A stretch of DNA of 63,478 nucleotides, counting the filler, from Phoronis australis (lineage: Eukaryota; Animalia; Phoronida), in assembly GCA_002633005.1 (NCBI GenBank). It is 4 parts of 4 records of this genome, joined end to end, with 100 filler letters (N's around TTAATTAATTAA, not from the genome) between each part and the next. Parts side by side here need not be neighbours in the genome. Positions count along the whole stretch, not along the records: positions 41,325 to 63,478 come from NMRA01000214.1; 3 more parts are not named here. The stretch is one strand, 5' to 3'. A model generated the notes under the pieces. It was not told the origin of the DNA and did no database searches. It worked only from the letters and a program-made list of their open reading frames with translations. The position numbers and the translations under genes were made by a program. Of the stretch, positions 57,691 to 63,478 are shown one piece after another (the stretch's first letter is position 1; each line of letters begins with the position of its first letter).

Positions 57691-60600
57691 TGCACAGGGA
57701 TGTTTGCCAGGTCGACAAAAGCAACTTGGCGTTAAGCTAAGCGTCAAGCGCTGAACTGTAAATCAAAGGTACAAATTATTAACCTTTCAAAAATCATCTT
57801 TCGACGCAATATGTAGTACATCGATGTAATAACGATTCTATGTACCATTGAAATAATGGTACATTACAGTGGAGCAAGCAATGAGTATTTGATTTTACAT
57901 TTTGCACGCCAGGGGCTCGATGGATAACAATACTTCGTGCCTCATATTTCTTACACTTTCACTGTGCGCACCCAAATTGCGTCGTCTAATTTGGCTGTTG
58001 GACTGGTAAATTTCTATGGCTCTGTGGTCTGTGTACCGAATGTGATATGGAGCTCGTACATGTATCGAGGTCAAGTGCCTCTGCCGTCCTATCTGCCTCA
58101 CAATTTTTACCTTATCGCACTTACTGTAAACCAAATATAACCACCCGTCGCAAACTCTTTCATTTGAAACAACCGACAGACCTAAATTCATCACTTGTTT
58201 ACTTTAAACGTTAAAATGATCATGATTCAGAAGTTTATAATTAACAATATTTTTACATTCTACCACTAGGTAGCGCCATGCTCAAACATGTTTCACTGCT
58301 GTTTTGCCCTGTTGTGCCAATTCTTTCGTTTAATGTGACCAATAGTTTTTAAATGTCCCTTTTAGAACACCTGAATCAGCACTTTTTATAAAAACTGATC
58401 CACGAAATTTCAACTTTGTCGTTTTCATAGGCAAATTATACGAAAATGTGCAACTTTCAATGAGGGAACATTTCACAGATGAAATGAATGAGGTGGAGAA
58501 TCGTCAAAATGAATTGTCACGTAAAAGTACTCGCGAAACTTTACCTGTTTTAAAAACTCCCGAAGCTCCTGCATGGACCACTGACTATCACTCCAATAAA
58601 ACAAGGTCAGGTCACGCTATCAATGATCCATGTTTGAGTGCGGTGATGACCACGGAAAATCCACGTACCTTCGCAATGTTGCTGTGTAGTGTCAGTTGTA
58701 GTTCTGGCAACTAGACTTCCTAAAAAACAATGTATACTGCAGGATATAGAGCATCAACTTCCACGCGGAAGTTGGCGGCCAGAGTGCATAACCCCAGCAA
58801 ACATCCTGATAGCTGTTGGTCACAGGCCATGGTTATCGCAGTTGGCGATTGTCAAGATTAGAAGCTGCCGAGGGGTGTTCTAGCGCCTGTCTAACAACAT
58901 GGAGAACTTCGGCTTACGCGAACGTGTGTATAGGCCTAATCACCTTCGCAATATATAACTACAGCTTACGCACGAAGGCCTAGTGAGGTCACGTTCTTTG
59001 CTTAGCGTACGTCACTGACAGTGTTGACATACATTTTCCCCGTTCAACCTTATACACGGACGGTAACCATTTGGACACAGCTGATCTCGCGTATAAGTGC
59101 AAAGGGCGAGTTTCATTTGTCGATTTACCGTAAAAGATCGTTAAATTTATGCCACTTTTTAATGTTCTTAGAATTTTTAGCCACCTGAAGATTACCCAGG
59201 CTAGAGTTCTACGGTGTACTGAACTACGTGCTTGTGCCGTCTTACTCCATTGCATGTTTGGCGTTAATATTTCATAAAACTAAATGACAGAAATTATTTG
59301 ATTAGAAATACTTATAGGGATTAAGGAGAAATAACTGCATTTTTGCACCAAATCAGTTTACGCGTCACAATTGTTAAACTTAGGGATTTTGCTAGTTTTT
59401 ACCGGAGCAGAGTATTATGATGTCCCCTGGTCGTAGCGCCCTCTGTCGGGTCGTCACGTATCTCTCCAAGAATCAGCGTTATTGCTTTGCCGGAAATCTC
59501 AATTACCCCGAAATTAACAAAACGCATTAGGCCAGGCCTACCTGTCCTTTTGTTCCATGATGTACATAAGCCTAAAACACAGAGAAATAAAACCTTGACT
59601 TACTCATCTTTCATAGGCGTCAAATTGTGATTGAATATTTTTCGCGGTTTATCATTCATTCCGATATTTTCAAGGGTCTCAGTGGTAGATCAGAGGAGTG
59701 AGACAGTTGCTACCGGGCTTCAGAGGAGGGATGCCGGTGCGGGAAATGTGTGGTAGCGGGAGGTGTGGGCAAGTATGGCGACCGGGGCGAGGGGGTCAAA
59801 GATAAGACAGGGGTGTCATCATTGGGGTGCCGTCGAGGAAAACAATCAATTTCCCAGGTATAAAAATTCTTAGCTGTCATTTCTTCTAACACCAAAAGTG
59901 ATTTTGATCAAAAATGCAGAAAAGCTTTATTTTCAATAATTCGTTTTAGCTTTGAATGTTTCTAATCGAGAGTTTCTTCTCATTTGCTTACATGAAATGT
60001 TACTGGAATCAAAATGTTATGGGATGTAAATCAAACATTACCACCCAATTACTGTGGCTTTTCTGAGAAACTGTCAGCAAAAATGTAACCCAATAAGACA
60101 CATGCACGATCTCCTGCATGACTTGACCTTCCAAAACATTAAAAAGTTGCATAAATTGAATGATCTTTTACGACAAATCAGCACTTAAAACTGCCGCTGT
60201 GCACGTACGAGAGACATGCTGACGTCGTTACTCCTGTGTGACGAAGTAAGCAAGGTATGCCGACCTTACGAGCGCGAAGCTCTCTTGTGTTGCCTCAGGA
60301 AGCGGGGGGACTTCCTCCAAATAATTTACAGGCATTCAGGATGAAAACGTGGCGAGAAGCACAGGCCTGGCCCCGCGGTCGAGAAACGAAAGACATGGGG
60401 GAAACAGCTGATAGTTGTCAACTCCCAGTGCAGTATTGCCCGTGCCGGGTCATTTTATGTCAGTGGGTGGGTCTTTCATATAGAAGAGATCTTTTAAATA
60501 CCAATGAAAACATGCCCTTAAATCATACATACTTCGAAATAGTTCGACTATAACTGCTATGAACAGATTTTCACTAAAGCTTCGTATCCATTGAGACACT

Positions 60601-63478
60601 GCGTACAGTAGTCAAGGGACCGTCCTCTGGCCCCAATGATGGAACCTATTGGCTGCCTCTCTTTTTCTGCTTTTGTGAAATCGTTTTAAGTGAGTTAACT
60701 CTTGGGGGATCACTAGATAAACGAATCACTCTATTCCATTGTTTTATGATATGACCTTTCATATTAAGGGTCAGCGATAAAAACTGGGTCATCTCTTTGA
60801 GGCTGCCAAAGGTAAACGTCCGTTTTTCCTTCACAGAAACCCGGCACTGCCAACAATTCTTGAGGGAAAAAGATAACAGTTGAAATTGGTCGAAAAAGCA
60901 CAATGTTCGCGTTAGCGCAACAGCATCCAGGCATGCGGACTTAACAAACAAAAATGTGAGATTGCGTCGTTAAAAGACACAATATATACATGTAGCATTG
61001 ACCGACATCGGAAGGATGGATATTAGAAGAAGCTGATGACCGCTATACCTGTGAATTACAATGGAACAATATTCTTGATGGTTTTACAGGGATGAAAGTA
61101 GTGATATATTTTCACAATGAAATCCTAGAATGTTGTTTCATTTGGAGATCGTTATCATGAAAGAAAAATTATTGCTGAAGAGGAACTTGTTCGTAGGAGA
61201 CTGGCATGAAGATTGTAGCGAGTATGATTTTTGTGACCGTAACAGTGTTCATGTACAGATTAAGGTGCTCAAAGTGCTGGTGTAACTCAGAAAGCAAATT
61301 AACTCACAACCGTGACAGGTTACCACTGGGAATCAGAATAAATTTCTAAAATTTCTTAGGGGAAGGTCGCCATCCGCCCTCCTCTCTGGAATGCCCGGTT
61401 TCCCATGCGGTCTCTCCCGGTTGGCCGTCAAGTAACTATACGCATGCCTTCGAGAATTACCTGGTTTATACAATGGATAACGGATTACAAGAAGTCTTGC
61501 TTCTTAGCAACCTCCAGACAAATGTGAGTGCCTTCTTAGTTTTTATACTGTGTTGCCATGGGACGGCCCAAACTATCAAGGTTATTTTCTTCTGGTAATA
61601 TGCTCCGTGATTTACATGCTTGTGTATCGCCGGATTCAGTGACGTTTTTGTGTCTCTGAGGTGGAGCAACAATTTGGACAAGTAAAAATGAATAGTGCCC
61701 CCAACACTGTTTGCCCTCCTACGGGTCTGGGTAAGAGTAGTAGTCGCCACAACTTTTCGCAAGTTGCTATGACGTCGAATTAATCTACTGCCCTGTGCTA
61801 GAATTCTCTTGCCGTGATATAGCGTTATTACACACACTTGACATGTGAATTCCCTGCAATTCGCAAAGGTCATTTTCAATAACTATCTCATTATTTAATA
61901 AAGTGGACAATGTCTGGATAATACACAATCAAATTTGTATAAAAAGAACCAAAACGTGAATGAAAACTCTCTCCAGTGGTGTCGATGCATGTACTGTACG
62001 TTTTAAGTACAACATGGCAGACATTCAGGAATTGTTGCACTGAGGTGTAAGGCCACGATTCGGGACCTTGTAGCTCCTCCAAAATCAAGAAAACGAATTG
62101 GGTCCCGATTTGGAGGCAGTTTTTCAAACTGAATGGGAAGTCATTGCTACGCCCTGGTATTCAGTAGATCCTTGAAATTGTTTTGATTAAATGGAGCCCA
62201 GAAATCTGGCCTCTGCTCTTATCTACTCCGATACAAAACTTCCGGCATTTTCAAAGCACATCCTTGTTCATTGGAAAGTTTTGGCACCAATACACGTAGT
62301 ACTCAGAGAAATTCCAACGTGCAAAAATCTTTTTGGTAGTGACATATTTTGATCTAGATTTATATGAAGTCTACAGTGCGAGAGCACTTGGCTTGCCTTT
62401 GTCTCTTGCACAGGGGCAGTCGTGAATTTGTGGTTTTAGATACAAAAATGTAAAAAAATCGCATTTCTTTATTCATTCTTTGGCACCACGATTTTTCTCC
62501 AGTAGACGTAGCAAGACAAAAAGACATGGCTTTGTTAAATTTCTTCATCTTTAAGAAACCCCATTGAGTGTGCTTTATGTATGTTGTCCTTTATCAGGTA
62601 CCTTGAGACCTTGTAAAGAGGGGCTATTATTGACCCAGACCAGTGATTTCGTCAAAACCAGCCACTCGAACTGTGGTCTTTGATGCTCAATGAATTCAGG
62701 TCACGGAAATAAACGGGGAAAGTCGATGCTTTCCTAATTTTGGCCGAGGCATAAAATTGTGTTCAAAAGGCTTGTAGTTTGATAAAGGAGCAGAGGAAAA
62801 CAATATCCCATGTTACATATTAGAATTTGATACATATTTTCAAGTGTTTGAACTAAAATACAGTCCAGAAGTATCCAGACATAACTACCCGTTATTCCTA
62901 GTCATGGCGACTGGACGGAAGCCCAGTTATCGTCGGAATAGTCTTCCTCTCACGACCGAAAATGAAGCGGAACTAACAGAAAAATTGTAAGGTGTCTAAG
63001 CCACTAAAAGTTTTTACCACTAATTTTTGCTGTTAACAGAAGTAGCCGTCATGACGGTATTTTGTCAGATTACATTTATCGTAATCTATTTTGCCCGGGG
63101 AACGCCACGAGCTATGTTGCAGAGCAAAACAAGAGGAGGATTGCGAATATTGTCATTTATTATGACGTAAACAGATAAAACTAACTAAGACTCTGCAAGA
63201 TGGGCATGGACAAAACGCCCACAGGCGTGTACAATGAATAGCCCTAAAAGAGGGAACAAAACAAAAGAACTGCCTGAAGGGCTTAAAGGAAAAGTACAGA
63301 ACATGAACACAAAACTTGAAGAAACCCAACAGGAAATGTATGTGAGCAAAGAGAAAGTGGAACCGACACCCGTGATGGGGGGGGGTGGGGAAAAAACGAA
63401 GAAAACGAACGTAGGTCAGACTACGAGGTAGGTGGTTGAATGAGAGACCACGTTGAACTGAACAAAGGAAATATGGGC

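Noticed and set aside
63234-63431. Lys/Glu-rich ORF resembling a LINE ORF1 coiled coil
   Set aside because: Too short, at the window edge, and no diagnostic motif.

Overview
Eukaryotic, AT-rich draft-assembly DNA from an invertebrate animal, probably a marine lophotrochozoan (inference). It is not one locus. Three artificial 100-nt linkers (N44-TTAATTAATTAA-N44) join four unrelated scaffold pieces. Piece 1 (1-16725) holds the 3' 18 coding exons of a minus-strand GSAP/pigeon (gamma-secretase-activating protein) orthologue, reconstructed here exon by exon with consistent phases. Piece 2 (16826-26936) is repeat-rich. It contains the most interesting object: a decayed Ty3/Gypsy LTR retrotransposon whose integrase C-terminus runs into an H3K4me3-reader-type PHD finger. 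An extra ORF in the env position encodes a TatD-family nuclease, followed by a polypurine tract and a 255-bp 3' LTR. Piece 3 (27037-41224) has a 3-exon gene for a small secreted mucin-stalk/PAN-apple protein, a solo LTR, and damaged orphan exons of ASS1 and SNX13. Piece 4 (41325-63478) has an intact Toll-like receptor with an intronless CDS (LRR-TM-TIR), a solo LTR with a 5-bp TSD, and several non-autonomous DNA transposons. Homology calls come from recalled family motifs, not database searches.
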